DNA of 64,000 nucleotides from positions 352,001 to 416,000 of the forward strand of contig CAVYLP010000006.1 in the NCBI GenBank assembly GCA_963769425.1. The letters run 5' to 3'. Under the pieces are notes generated by a model that made no database searches, had not been told where the DNA came from, and worked only from the letters and a program-made list of their open reading frames with translations. The position numbers were made by a program, and so were the translations under genes. Positions 1 to 8,591 of the stretch are shown in pieces. Numbering within the stretch: the stretch's first letter is position 1; each line of letters opens with the position of its first letter. Source of the DNA: Candidatus Bathyarchaeota archaeon (GTDB taxonomy: Archaea > Thermoproteota > Bathyarchaeia > TCS64).

Positions 1-606
1 GTCCGCTTCACACGCGACTGCCCTAACATCGACAGGGGCAGCAGCATCCGCGGCACGATAAAGAGCCTAGATCACACCCTTAGCTCAACGGAGCGTGCCG
101 GTAAGAGCGTCGCCGGCCTCAGGGAGGCGTCCGACGGTCTCAAGCTAGCCCTCAGGGGCAGGATCAGGCTTCGCGCCGACCTGGTCGGCTTCGACGACAG
201 CCCAGCCGCCTTCATGGTGAAGTACGATGAGGTAGTCGAGGACGTCCTCTGGTACGCGGCACGTGACGTCGGCGTCGCCATCCTTAAGGGCGTCGACGTC
301 GACCCGCGCCAACTCGCCGGTGAACTCAACGCCCTGCTAACCGGTGGCGATATAATAGAAGACCTTCAGGACCACGAGGCCGCGTACCTCGTCGTCCGAT
401 TCATGGAGGAGAACCAGCCCTGGGAGAGCCCCAGCCTCGTCAGCGACTTAGGCGACCTCATCAGGGACAGCCCCGAGGCCGTGGACGCTGACACGCTCCG
501 CGAGTACAGGGGGAGCGCCCTCGAACTACTCGCCCACGCCCTCACAGCGGGTAAGTTAGTCGAAGCCAAGATAGAGAACACCTACGCCCCGAAGCGGATG
601 GAGTAG
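1..606 (+). CDS. C-terminal part of a MoxR/Mg-chelatase(ChlI)-like AAA+ ATPase, 5'-truncated by the window
   Basis: Frame 1 is open from base 1 (VRFTRDCPNIDRGSSIRGTIK...LALRGRIRL) into the 214..606 ORF. The AAA lid-like 'RGxSxR' motif and the adjacent VWA gene support the call. Confidence 0.6.
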   Translation, partial: VRFTRDCPNIDRGSSIRGTIKSLDHTLSSTERAGKSVAGLREASDGLKLALRGRIRLRADLVGFDDSPAAFMVKYDEVVEDVLWYAARDVGVAILKGVDVDPRQLAGELNALLTGGDIIEDLQDHEAAYLVVRFMEENQPWESPSLVSDLGDLIRDSPEAVDADTLREYRGSALELLAHALTAGKLVEAKIENTYAPKRME

Positions 607-608
607 CC

Positions 609-1844
609 GTGCAGACCCCCAACCCCTGCAGCGACATCATGGATAACACCCTGGACTTACTGAGGGACGCCGCGAAGATGCAGATGGGGAAGGGCCTAGA
701 CCAAGACTCCCAGATGATGGAGAAGGTCAGAAAGAAGACTGAGAAGCGCCTCCAAGCCAACGAGAAGAGGCGAGAGAAACTGAAGGAGAAGCTTGAGCAG
801 CTGAAGGCCCAGATGATGATGAAGGCCGTCGAGAAGCTTCTCGAGGGGGAGTCGGAGGAGGAGGTACTTCAGGAGCTTGAGCTCACGGGAGAGATGGATG
901 GGCTGGAGGAGCAGATCGAGGAGCTAGACTCGGAGCCACACGCGGTGAGTCAAGAGGACTTCGAAGAGGCGCTCCGAGACCTCGAGCAGAAGGGGCTACT
1001 AGACGGCAGGGGTAAGGGGGTCATCCTCACGAGCAAGGGTGCCCAGCTACTAGGCAGAGGCTTCCTCAGCCGCATCCTCATGAACCTCGCCCGGAAGGGG
1101 CTCGGCACCCACAGGGTCGAGGACATCGGCCACGGCCCCTGGCTCGCTGCCACCTACCGCCCCTATGAACCTGGTGACCCATACGACCGCATCAACATTG
1201 AGCGCACCCTCATGGCCGCCATCGAGAGGGGTGGCGGATTCAGCGAGATGAAGATGAGCGACTTCCGCATACACGAGAGCCGCCACGCAACGGAGGTCCA
1301 CTTCGGCGTCCTCGTCGACCAGAGCGCCTCAATGAAGAAGAAGGGAAAGATGGAGGCAGCCGTCGAGACGGCACTCGCCCTGAGCGAGTTAATGCGCTTG
1401 GAGTTCCCGGAGGACAAGCTGCGAATCTATGCCTTCAGCGAGGAGACGAAGATGGTTGAGCCTTACGAGCTCCCGGGCGTCGCCGTCCCCCAGCAGTTCA
1501 CCGACATACGCAGGCCGCTACGCGCCTTCCGCCTAGCGGTGGCAATGGAGCCGGGCAACAAGCAAGCCCATCTCATCACGGACTCAGCCCCCAACTTCCT
1601 CGATGGCGAGTTCGTAGGCTTCAAGAAGGCTATGGAGGCAGTTGTCGAGGAGGCCCGCCTCTACCGCTTACACGACATACTCCTAAACGTAGTAATGCTC
1701 GACGACGACCCCGAGCTTCACGAGATGGCGAAGAGGATAGCCCAGGTGAATAACGGGCGCGTCTTCTTCGCTGACCCCAAGAACCTCGGTGAGGCGCTTG
1801 TGGAGGACTATCTGTGGTCGAAGAAAGAGATCCTCAGCCTCTAA
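609..1844 (+). CDS. VWA domain protein with N-terminal coiled coil
   Basis: MIDAS motif LVDQSASM, 'RPYEPGDPYDRINIERT', later T and 'LITD' elements. An alternative ATG lies at 639. Confidence 0.8.
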   Translation: MQTPNPCSDIMDNTLDLLRDAAKMQMGKGLDQDSQMMEKVRKKTEKRLQANEKRREKLKEKLEQLKAQMMMKAVEKLLEGESEEEVLQELELTGEMDGLEEQIEELDSEPHAVSQEDFEEALRDLEQKGLLDGRGKGVILTSKGAQLLGRGFLSRILMNLARKGLGTHRVEDIGHGPWLAATYRPYEPGDPYDRINIERTLMAAIERGGGFSEMKMSDFRIHESRHATEVHFGVLVDQSASMKKKGKMEAAVETALALSELMRLEFPEDKLRIYAFSEETKMVEPYELPGVAVPQQFTDIRRPLRAFRLAVAMEPGNKQAHLITDSAPNFLDGEFVGFKKAMEAVVEEARLYRLHDILLNVVMLDDDPELHEMAKRIAQVNNGRVFFADPKNLGEALVEDYLWSKKEILSL

Positions 1845-2012
1845 TGGGAACGATGAGGCTGGGGCTCTAAAAAATTGAGGTTGGGAGTGTATCAAGAAGC
1901 TTAAGATTAGTCAATTAGTCTGGACACCACCTCCCCACGTATGTTTGCCCGGGGAGCGGCGCCTTAAATGGGTTTGTGGATAACAGATACCTGTTATTCC
2001 GGTGACTGACCG

Positions 2013-2492
2013 CTACTTCCTGAACCTAGCCTCGACGAGGTTTGTGATGTCGATGTCTTCTCCCACAGAGTATAGCCAGAGTGGCACTGAGGTTGGGCCC
2101 ACGTGCTTGAAACGGGAGGTAACCTTTCTTACGACGCCCTGGTAGTTGTTTGACTTGTCGAGGCCATCGAGCCAAGCGGTGACGCTCCCATTCTCTTTAA
2201 CGATCCTCTCGAACTCTCGGGCGTTGTGGATTGTTGCGAGGATCTTATTGCGGTTCCTGATTATGCTCGCGTCCCCCATTAGGCGGGTGATATCTTTGGA
2301 CCCGTAATCGGCTACCTTTGTGATCTCGAAGCCTTCGAAAGCTGTCTTGAATGCGAGCCATTTCTCCGCGATAGTAGCCCAGTTCAACCCAGACTGGAAG
2401 ACGCAGCGGCTCAAGTTCTCGAAGTAGGCGGAGTCGCTCGGGGGTCTCCTCCCCCGGTACATCCAGCTAGTGTAGACTGACTCGTTCCCCAT
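2013..2492 (-). CDS. tag: DNA-3-methyladenine glycosylase I family protein
   Basis: Motifs FQSGLNWATI, AFEGF, IIRNRNKI.A.I.NA and FKHVGPT. Confidence 0.85.
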   Translation of the reverse strand: MGNESVYTSWMYRGRRPPSDSAYFENLSRCVFQSGLNWATIAEKWLAFKTAFEGFEITKVADYGSKDITRLMGDASIIRNRNKILATIHNAREFERIVKENGSVTAWLDGLDKSNNYQGVVRKVTSRFKHVGPTSVPLWLYSVGEDIDITNLVEARFRK

Positions 2493-2524
2493 GAGGTGCT
2501 ATAGAAATCTGGACCGTTTGAGGT

Positions 2525-3157
2525 TTATGGCTTCATGTATGCCCTGGTAATGACGATGTCATTGACAGGCCAGTTTTCGAATGGGTATGGGCCATAGCCG
2601 GGTATTGTTACATTTCTCGTATATGTTTGCACTTTTCCAATTTGATTGATGACATCCATGCCGGATATTACTTTCCCGAATACAGCATATCCAGGGTTTG
2701 TAGATGAGTAGTCGAGGTTTGGATTGTCAACGAGATTGATAAAGAACTCACTCGTGGCGCTATCCACCTCGTTCGTCCGCGCCATAGCTATGGTTCCTAT
2801 GACATTTTTCAACCCGTTATTTGACTCAAGCTTGATCGGGGCGTTGGTCGTCTTCTCGGTACCATTAACACTGAAGCCTCCTCCCTGAATGACGAAGCCT
2901 GACTCTACCCTGTGAATTAGGGTGTCGTTGTAGAAACCAGCGTTGACATAAGTTACGAAATTGTTGACGGTTATAGGGGCGTGCTGACTGTCAAGTTGTA
3001 TCTCTATTTTGCCCATAGATGTTTCTAGAACTACTATCTCATTAGGTTGCCCACCCGGAGATCCACCAAGAATGAACTGTGAAAAGGCAACAAGTCCCGA
3101 GGTTATCAAGACCACTATCACGGCGATCGATATCACCGCCTTTCGATTGAACTTCAT
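2525..3157 (-). CDS. Cyclophilin-type peptidyl-prolyl isomerase with N-terminal membrane anchor/signal
   Basis: APITVNNF, HRV..GFVIQGGG, IAMART, ATSEFFIN, YAVFGKV; hydrophobic N-terminus. Confidence 0.92.
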   Translation of the reverse strand: MKFNRKAVISIAVIVVLITSGLVAFSQFILGGSPGGQPNEIVVLETSMGKIEIQLDSQHAPITVNNFVTYVNAGFYNDTLIHRVESGFVIQGGGFSVNGTEKTTNAPIKLESNNGLKNVIGTIAMARTNEVDSATSEFFINLVDNPNLDYSSTNPGYAVFGKVISGMDVINQIGKVQTYTRNVTIPGYGPYPFENWPVNDIVITRAYMKP

Positions 3158-3207
3158 GAATCAGGAGAACTCCGGCGAGCCTCTAAAAGGTTTGTTCCCC
3201 CGTGAGG

Positions 3208-3762
3208 CTAGGTGAGCATACCCAATAGGTCCGCTTTCGTCACGATGCCGACGATCCCGCCCTTCCGCTGTACCAGGACGGCGGGGTAGAATTTGAGGAG
3301 GTTAGTTAGTAGGCTGACTGGGGCGTCCTCGCCAACTTGGGGGAAGGGCTCATCCATGATCTCGGAGACGGTCTTCGCCTGGCTTTCGTTCTTCTTCGCG
3401 GCGAGCATGTGGTCGAGGAGAGTCCCCTCGCTTATGCTCCCCACGGAGTGCTCACCGTCCATAACGGGGAGTTGGCTGAAACCATTCCTCCTCATCACCT
3501 CGATTGCGTCCGAGATCGTGGTCACCTTCTGGATGCCCACCACGGAGCGGTTCATAATCTGCCCTGCCGAGACCTGCTTCTCCTGCTCGAGCCTGTCGAG
3601 GGCCTCAAAAAGGGCCTTCACCTTCGTGTAGCTCGGCTCGATGTTACCGGCTTCGAGCTTCGCTATGTAGCTCTGGCTCACCCCAGCGAGCTCAGCGAGC
3701 TGGCTTTGGGTTAAGCCGAGCTTCCGCCTCCGTTCGGGGATTATCTCAAGCGCGGGTAGCAT
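3208..3762 (-). CDS. XRE-family HTH plus CBS-pair transcriptional regulator
   Basis: RRKLGLTQSQLAELAGVSQSYIAKLEAG followed by two CBS repeats. Start placed at ATG 3762 (MLPALE). Confidence 0.9.
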   Translation of the reverse strand: MLPALEIIPERRRKLGLTQSQLAELAGVSQSYIAKLEAGNIEPSYTKVKALFEALDRLEQEKQVSAGQIMNRSVVGIQKVTTISDAIEVMRRNGFSQLPVMDGEHSVGSISEGTLLDHMLAAKKNESQAKTVSEIMDEPFPQVGEDAPVSLLTNLLKFYPAVLVQRKGGIVGIVTKADLLGMLT

Positions 3763-5245
3763 GGGGGGATACGGGAGCGGGTTGGGGATATATTCTTTTC
3801 TGAATACTGGGGGGCGTTGTTTATTCAGGGAGGGATTTGCAGACCAAACGGAAGAGCCCCCGATCGCCGAGCCTCCGCCGCTAAAGGACGAGAATAAAGG
3901 CTCCCAAACAATAAAACTGCTCAAAATAAGCTGAAGCGTGGCAGCGGCGAAGTACCTCCTCCCTACGCGCACTGCTTTGTTCCTAAATTGATAAAAGATG
4001 GTTAAAAACGGTCCTAAACACCATTATGCCAAATAAGGCACCAAACGAACCCTTTCTACATCGAGAACCTGAACCACCTAAGAGACGGCAAAATCAGCGA
4101 GGTACTTTAAAAATCGGTTCCCTTTGCCTTCACCCGCATTACATAGGCCGCCTCCTTCACAATCTCAGGGCATCCGACATGAGGCACAGAGGAAACACCG
4201 GTAACAATGGCTCGGAAGCCTCCGAACCAAATAAATGACACTAGCTCACCGAACCAGGGCTGATGCTTGAAAGACAAGTACCCTTTTTATGCCATACTAA
4301 GAAAGCTATTTAGAAAATACCCCCACAACGAGGTCTATTACCAGGTTGCATTCTCCTCCACATATTCAGCTATATATAGCGACGTCATCGGGGACGCGTC
4401 GCCGGAACCATCTGAAACATGTTAAAAAACGTTGAATATCCATTGAAAACCGTTGCATTCCGGGGGCCTTCAATATCCATTGAAGGGCTTGGATCGCGGT
4501 TCATTGAACGATGTGAATAGAGGCGGGTTGAGTGGATTGTCATTCAGTCGAAGGCGTAACCCGGTTTGGATGCGTTTAGTCATCGGTGTGAAGGGTGTCC
4601 CGTGGAAACACCTTATTAGTGGTTACCACTTACAGGAAACATCATAGCAAGAGGGTTGGCGAGGGGTAAACTCGGGGAAGGCATTCAGTTGATCTTCTCA
4701 GCCCAGAAGATGGAGTTCGTCTACTTGTTCCAGGGAATTCGGCCGGATCCTGGCCGCCGTCGAGCTCTCCCGATACACGCTCGCCGCCTCGGATCGCTTG
4801 AGGAGCGGGGGATGATGACGGGGAGAAGGCGGCCCGTGTGGGGGCGTGAGGGGGGCCTGGGTTCGTCTGCTTGGTCGTTGTTGGCTTGGTTGGGGTGTCT
4901 GGGTTGTTTCCGGGTTCGTCGGCGGGTGTGGTTTCGACGAGTTTCGAGGAGTTGAGTCGGGTCTGCGGGTTTTGAAGGGGTGGCTTCTGCGTGGGGGTGG
5001 GGTGGGTCCGTGTAGTGGCTGGGTTTGTCCCCGGATTCGGTGTTGGGGTTATGACGGTTTGAAACCGGTATTATTCAATAAAAGGACAAGGCCGCACGCA
5101 GCAAATCAAAAGACACATATCAATCAGTTCGCCAAGCCTAAGAATGGTGGAACAGGCACACCAAATATTCATCTAGGAATATCCATAGTCAATAATACCT
5201 AAATATAGGAATAACCCCACTAAGGCATCCACGAATCGGAGGAAA

Positions 5246-5632
5246 CTAAAACTCATAAACATCAAGGATTGGGGCACCTTCACTGAGGTCGGTGAAGGCT
5301 ATGGATTCCACAAGGATGGCCGATTCTACTCCATCCTAGAGACCAAGAAAGGCGCATACAGGGGCAATCACAAGCACCCCTACAACCAGTACACCCTGCT
5401 CATATCGGGCAAGGGCAAGTACGTCAGATACGATGACTCGATAACAGAGATACCCCTCGTCAGGGGGGAGATATTGAAGGTTGAGGCGGGAATCCCACAC
5501 GTCATGGTGCCCGAAGAGGACTGCCTCGCATTCGAATGGTGGGACGGCGACTTCGTCGACAACGAGTGCCAACCAGTCTTCGGCGAATACGTCGACGAGA
5601 GGATAGGGCCTGACAAGCTCAGGAAAAGGTGA
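5246..5632 (+). CDS. Cupin-fold protein (~128 aa), absent from the ORF track because it has no canonical start
   Basis: Open frame LKLINIKDWGTFTEVG...RGNHKHPYNQYTLLISGKG...GEILKVEAGIPHVM...RKR*, containing cupin motifs 1 and 2. GGAGG at 5238-5242; start uncertain (CTA 5246 or ATA 5255). Confidence 0.7.
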   Translation, partial: LKLINIKDWGTFTEVGEGYGFHKDGRFYSILETKKGAYRGNHKHPYNQYTLLISGKGKYVRYDDSITEIPLVRGEILKVEAGIPHVMVPEEDCLAFEWWDGDFVDNECQPVFGEYVDERIGPDKLRKR

Positions 5633-5635
5633 TAG

Positions 5636-6499
5636 CAACTCTTCGAGAAGCGATTTCCCCTGACCTACGAGCTCCTACCCCCTAGAGGCTGCGTGACCAA
5701 CGGATTCGACGCCGTCGCGCCGATAGCTGACAAGCTTGACGCGGTCACAGTCACAGATAACCCCATGGCCACCCTCCGCGCCAGCAGCATCGCCTACGGC
5801 TCAAGAGCCAGGGACAGCCTACACATCGACGTCATCCCCAACCTAAGCTGCAGGGACAGAAACCTACTCGCCCTACAGTCGGAGATCATAGGCGCCGATA
5901 TGCTCGGCCACCACAACCTCTTCATAATCACAGGCGACGCCCCCCGTGACAGGAAGGGCTTCAAGCCCGTCTGGGAGGTTAACAGCATAGAGCTCTGCGG
6001 CATCGTAAAGGGTCTCAACGACGGCACCGCAAATGTCCACGGCTCGGAGCAGGTCATCAACGGGAGCACACGATTCACGGTCGGGGGAGCCCTCGTATTC
6101 GACCGCCCAAACGAGCAGGACACCATCAGGAAGAAGGTCGACGCCGGGTTCGACTACTTCATAAGCCAGATCAGTTTCGACGCCGAGGAGGCGGAAGACT
6201 TCTTCGCCGAGGCCGAGGAGAGGGGCGACAGGGTGGACAGACACGTGCAGATCGGCCTCGCCCCAACATCCACCCCGAGGCGACTTCGCACCGTCTCACA
6301 GATGCCCGGCATAAAGATCAGGGATACAACTCTAGAGAAACTGGAGAAGAGCCCCGATTTTGTCGAGGGCGTCGTCACCCACCTCGCCGAGGTAGTAGAC
6401 GACTTAAAGTCAAGCCTCTCAACCTACAGCATAGGCTTCCACCTAATGCCAATAGGCAGCGACGAGGCGACACACAGGCTAGTGGAGGAAATGACATGA
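5636..6499 (+). CDS. metF: Methylenetetrahydrofolate reductase family protein
   Basis: In-frame extension upstream of GTG 5693 gives TYELLPPRG; also VTDNP, CRDRNLLALQS, ITGDAP, KKVDAGFDYFISQ. True start uncertain. Confidence 0.85.
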   Translation, partial: QLFEKRFPLTYELLPPRGCVTNGFDAVAPIADKLDAVTVTDNPMATLRASSIAYGSRARDSLHIDVIPNLSCRDRNLLALQSEIIGADMLGHHNLFIITGDAPRDRKGFKPVWEVNSIELCGIVKGLNDGTANVHGSEQVINGSTRFTVGGALVFDRPNEQDTIRKKVDAGFDYFISQISFDAEEAEDFFAEAEERGDRVDRHVQIGLAPTSTPRRLRTVSQMPGIKIRDTTLEKLEKSPDFVEGVVTHLAEVVDDLKSSLSTYSIGFHLMPIGSDEATHRLVEEMT

Positions 6500-7461
6500 T
6501 AGGATCAAACATATCTGGAAACCTGCCTAGGACCCAGGAGCTGATCGCGAAGACCCGGGCCTACGACAGGGCTAAGCTATCAGATGAGGAGCTGGAGGCC
6601 GCCTATTTAGAGGCTACGAAGCAGGTTATAGATGGGCAAGTTAAGGCTGGGCTCACCCACGTCAATGACGGGTTGCTCAAGTGGCAGGACCTCCTCCGCC
6701 CGTTCACCCTCGGCCTCGGAGGCGTCGAACTCGGCCCCATGGCCCGATGGTTCAACAACAACACATTCTACAAGGTCCCCATCGTCAACGGACCCATCGT
6801 ATATAATGGATCGGTGACGGAGAAGCTCGGCTACAGGAAGCTCCTTCCCAAGGGATCGGCACTCAAAGCAGTCCTTCCAGCCCCTTACACGTTCGCCGCC
6901 CTCGCCGACGACCACTTTTACGGCAACAAAGTCAAACTTCAAGCCGCCTACGCAGAGGCACTAAACCAAGAGGCAAAGCATCTTGAAAAACTCGGTTACG
7001 GCTATATCCAGTTTAGCGACCCCGCCCTCGTCTACGTCACCACGAAGCCCGCGAAGAATGAGTTGAAGGCTTATGGTAAGGTGCTTGAGGTTGCTACGGC
7101 GGGGTTGAAAGTGAAGACGTGCCTGCAGACATTCTTCGGAGATGCCGGCGACATCCTCCCCGAAGCACTTGCTTATCATGTGTCGGACCTTGGATTTGAC
7201 CTATACGAGACAGCACCGGAGATCTTGAAGGGGCTAAAACTGAATGGCGGGATATCACTCGGTCTCGTCGACGCCCGCAACTCGACGATAGAGGACGTGG
7301 GGGAGATCACCGAGGCCGCCAAGCAGATACTCAAGAACCTGAAGCCGAAGGACGTCTACGTCTCTACGAACTGCGACACCGACTTCCTCACCTGGGAGAA
7401 GGCGGAGGAGAAGATTGGCGTGCTGGCTCGTGTGGCAGAGAACCTCAGGAGGGACACTTGA
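6496..7461 (+). CDS. Split cobalamin-independent methionine synthase, non-catalytic (folate-binding, MetE N-terminal-like) subunit
   Basis: GNLPR, DGLLKWQD, RWFNNNTFYKVP, IQFSDP, GLVDARN; lacks the H-x-C zinc ligands. Confidence 0.75.
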   Translation: MIGSNISGNLPRTQELIAKTRAYDRAKLSDEELEAAYLEATKQVIDGQVKAGLTHVNDGLLKWQDLLRPFTLGLGGVELGPMARWFNNNTFYKVPIVNGPIVYNGSVTEKLGYRKLLPKGSALKAVLPAPYTFAALADDHFYGNKVKLQAAYAEALNQEAKHLEKLGYGYIQFSDPALVYVTTKPAKNELKAYGKVLEVATAGLKVKTCLQTFFGDAGDILPEALAYHVSDLGFDLYETAPEILKGLKLNGGISLGLVDARNSTIEDVGEITEAAKQILKNLKPKDVYVSTNCDTDFLTWEKAEEKIGVLARVAENLRRDT

Positions 7462-8591
7462 TGGCGAAGCTCTTCGAGACATATGAGATAGGCAGCCTCG
7501 CCAAGCACAGCTGGAGGCTAAAGGGCTACAACGGCGCGAAGCTCACCGAAGCGGACATCGCAGAGGCGGAGACCTGGGGGAAGAGGCTCGGAATCGACTA
7601 CAAGCCACTCATCAAGCTCCTCAAGGGCAACGCCCCCGACAAAAAGCAGCAAGTAGTCAATTGGAGCGCCCTATACGCCGTCAAGATGTTTGAGAAGCTC
7701 GGCCTTGACTACGTCTACACCGGCGAGCAATGGCGCGAGGAGATGTACGCACACGTCGCCAAGAACGTCGAGGGATTCGAGTTCACGGGCTGGATAAAGA
7801 GCTTCGACTACCGCTACTACAGGAAGGCGGCCGTCGTCGGCGAGGTCAAGTACCGAGACCCCTTCTACATCGACGAGTACGAGTACATCAAGTCCCACGC
7901 CAAGGCGGAGCTCAAGGTCCCAATCACCGGTCCATACACGATGACGGACTGGAGCTTCAACGAGCACTACTGGCGGAAGCTGGGGAAGGTGAAGAGCCTC
8001 AAGGAGAGGAAGTCACGAGCACGTAGGGAGCTTATGCTCGACGTTGTAGACAACGCGTTACGCCCCGAGTTCGAGAAGCTCATCGCTGCAGGGACAAAGT
8101 GGATTCAGATCGATGAGCCCGCACTAACGACACAGCCTACAGCTGAGGAGATGGGCCTCTTCGTCGAGGCGTGGAACAGGCTCGTCTCGGGGCTAGACTG
8201 CAGGTTCAGCCTCCACAACTGCTACAGTGATTACGGGTTGCTAGCCAAGTACGTCTCAGACCTGAAAAACTGTGAGCAGATTAGCCTCGAGTTCGCCAAC
8301 AGAGACACGAAGGAGTTGGGAAGGAATAGGCCCGCTTACGACCTCATCAAGAGCTTTGAGGACCACGGTTACGAGGGAGCCTACGCTCCCGGCTTCATCC
8401 ACGTACACACAGATCAGATAGCCTCCCCCGAGGTGGTAAGGGACCGCATCCTCTGCGTCGCCGACATCGCCGGCCCGGAGAGGGTCTACGTTGCTCCCGA
8501 CTGTGGGCTTCGGACGAGGACCTGGGAAATAGCCTACCAGAAGCTAGAGAATCTCGTCAAGGGCGCGGAACTAGCCAGAGAAGCAGTTTAA
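7458..8591 (+). CDS. metE: Cobalamin-independent methionine synthase catalytic subunit
   Basis: EIGSLAK, KVPITGPYT, IQIDEPA; zinc ligands HNC, LEFAN and PDCGLR. Confidence 0.9.
   Translation: MMAKLFETYEIGSLAKHSWRLKGYNGAKLTEADIAEAETWGKRLGIDYKPLIKLLKGNAPDKKQQVVNWSALYAVKMFEKLGLDYVYTGEQWREEMYAHVAKNVEGFEFTGWIKSFDYRYYRKAAVVGEVKYRDPFYIDEYEYIKSHAKAELKVPITGPYTMTDWSFNEHYWRKLGKVKSLKERKSRARRELMLDVVDNALRPEFEKLIAAGTKWIQIDEPALTTQPTAEEMGLFVEAWNRLVSGLDCRFSLHNCYSDYGLLAKYVSDLKNCEQISLEFANRDTKELGRNRPAYDLIKSFEDHGYEGAYAPGFIHVHTDQIASPEVVRDRILCVADIAGPERVYVAPDCGLRTRTWEIAYQKLENLVKGAELAREAV

Noticed and set aside
3763-3972. N-terminal extension of the HTH-CBS ORF (similar over-extensions at 19743-19916, 36965-37069 and 53372-53638)
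   Set aside because: Family similarity starts at downstream start codons, and the extensions run through promoter-like sequence.
4431-4510. CRISPR-like fragments (GTTGCA..., ...ATTGAAAAC)
   Set aside because: Only a 13-bp word occurs twice, 37 bp apart. There is no full-length repeat with spacers and no cas gene.
4026-5202. Short ORFs in the long intergenic region (4026, 4453, 4656, 4846)
   Set aside because: No recognisable motifs, and the composition reflects nucleotide skew rather than genome-typical codon usage.
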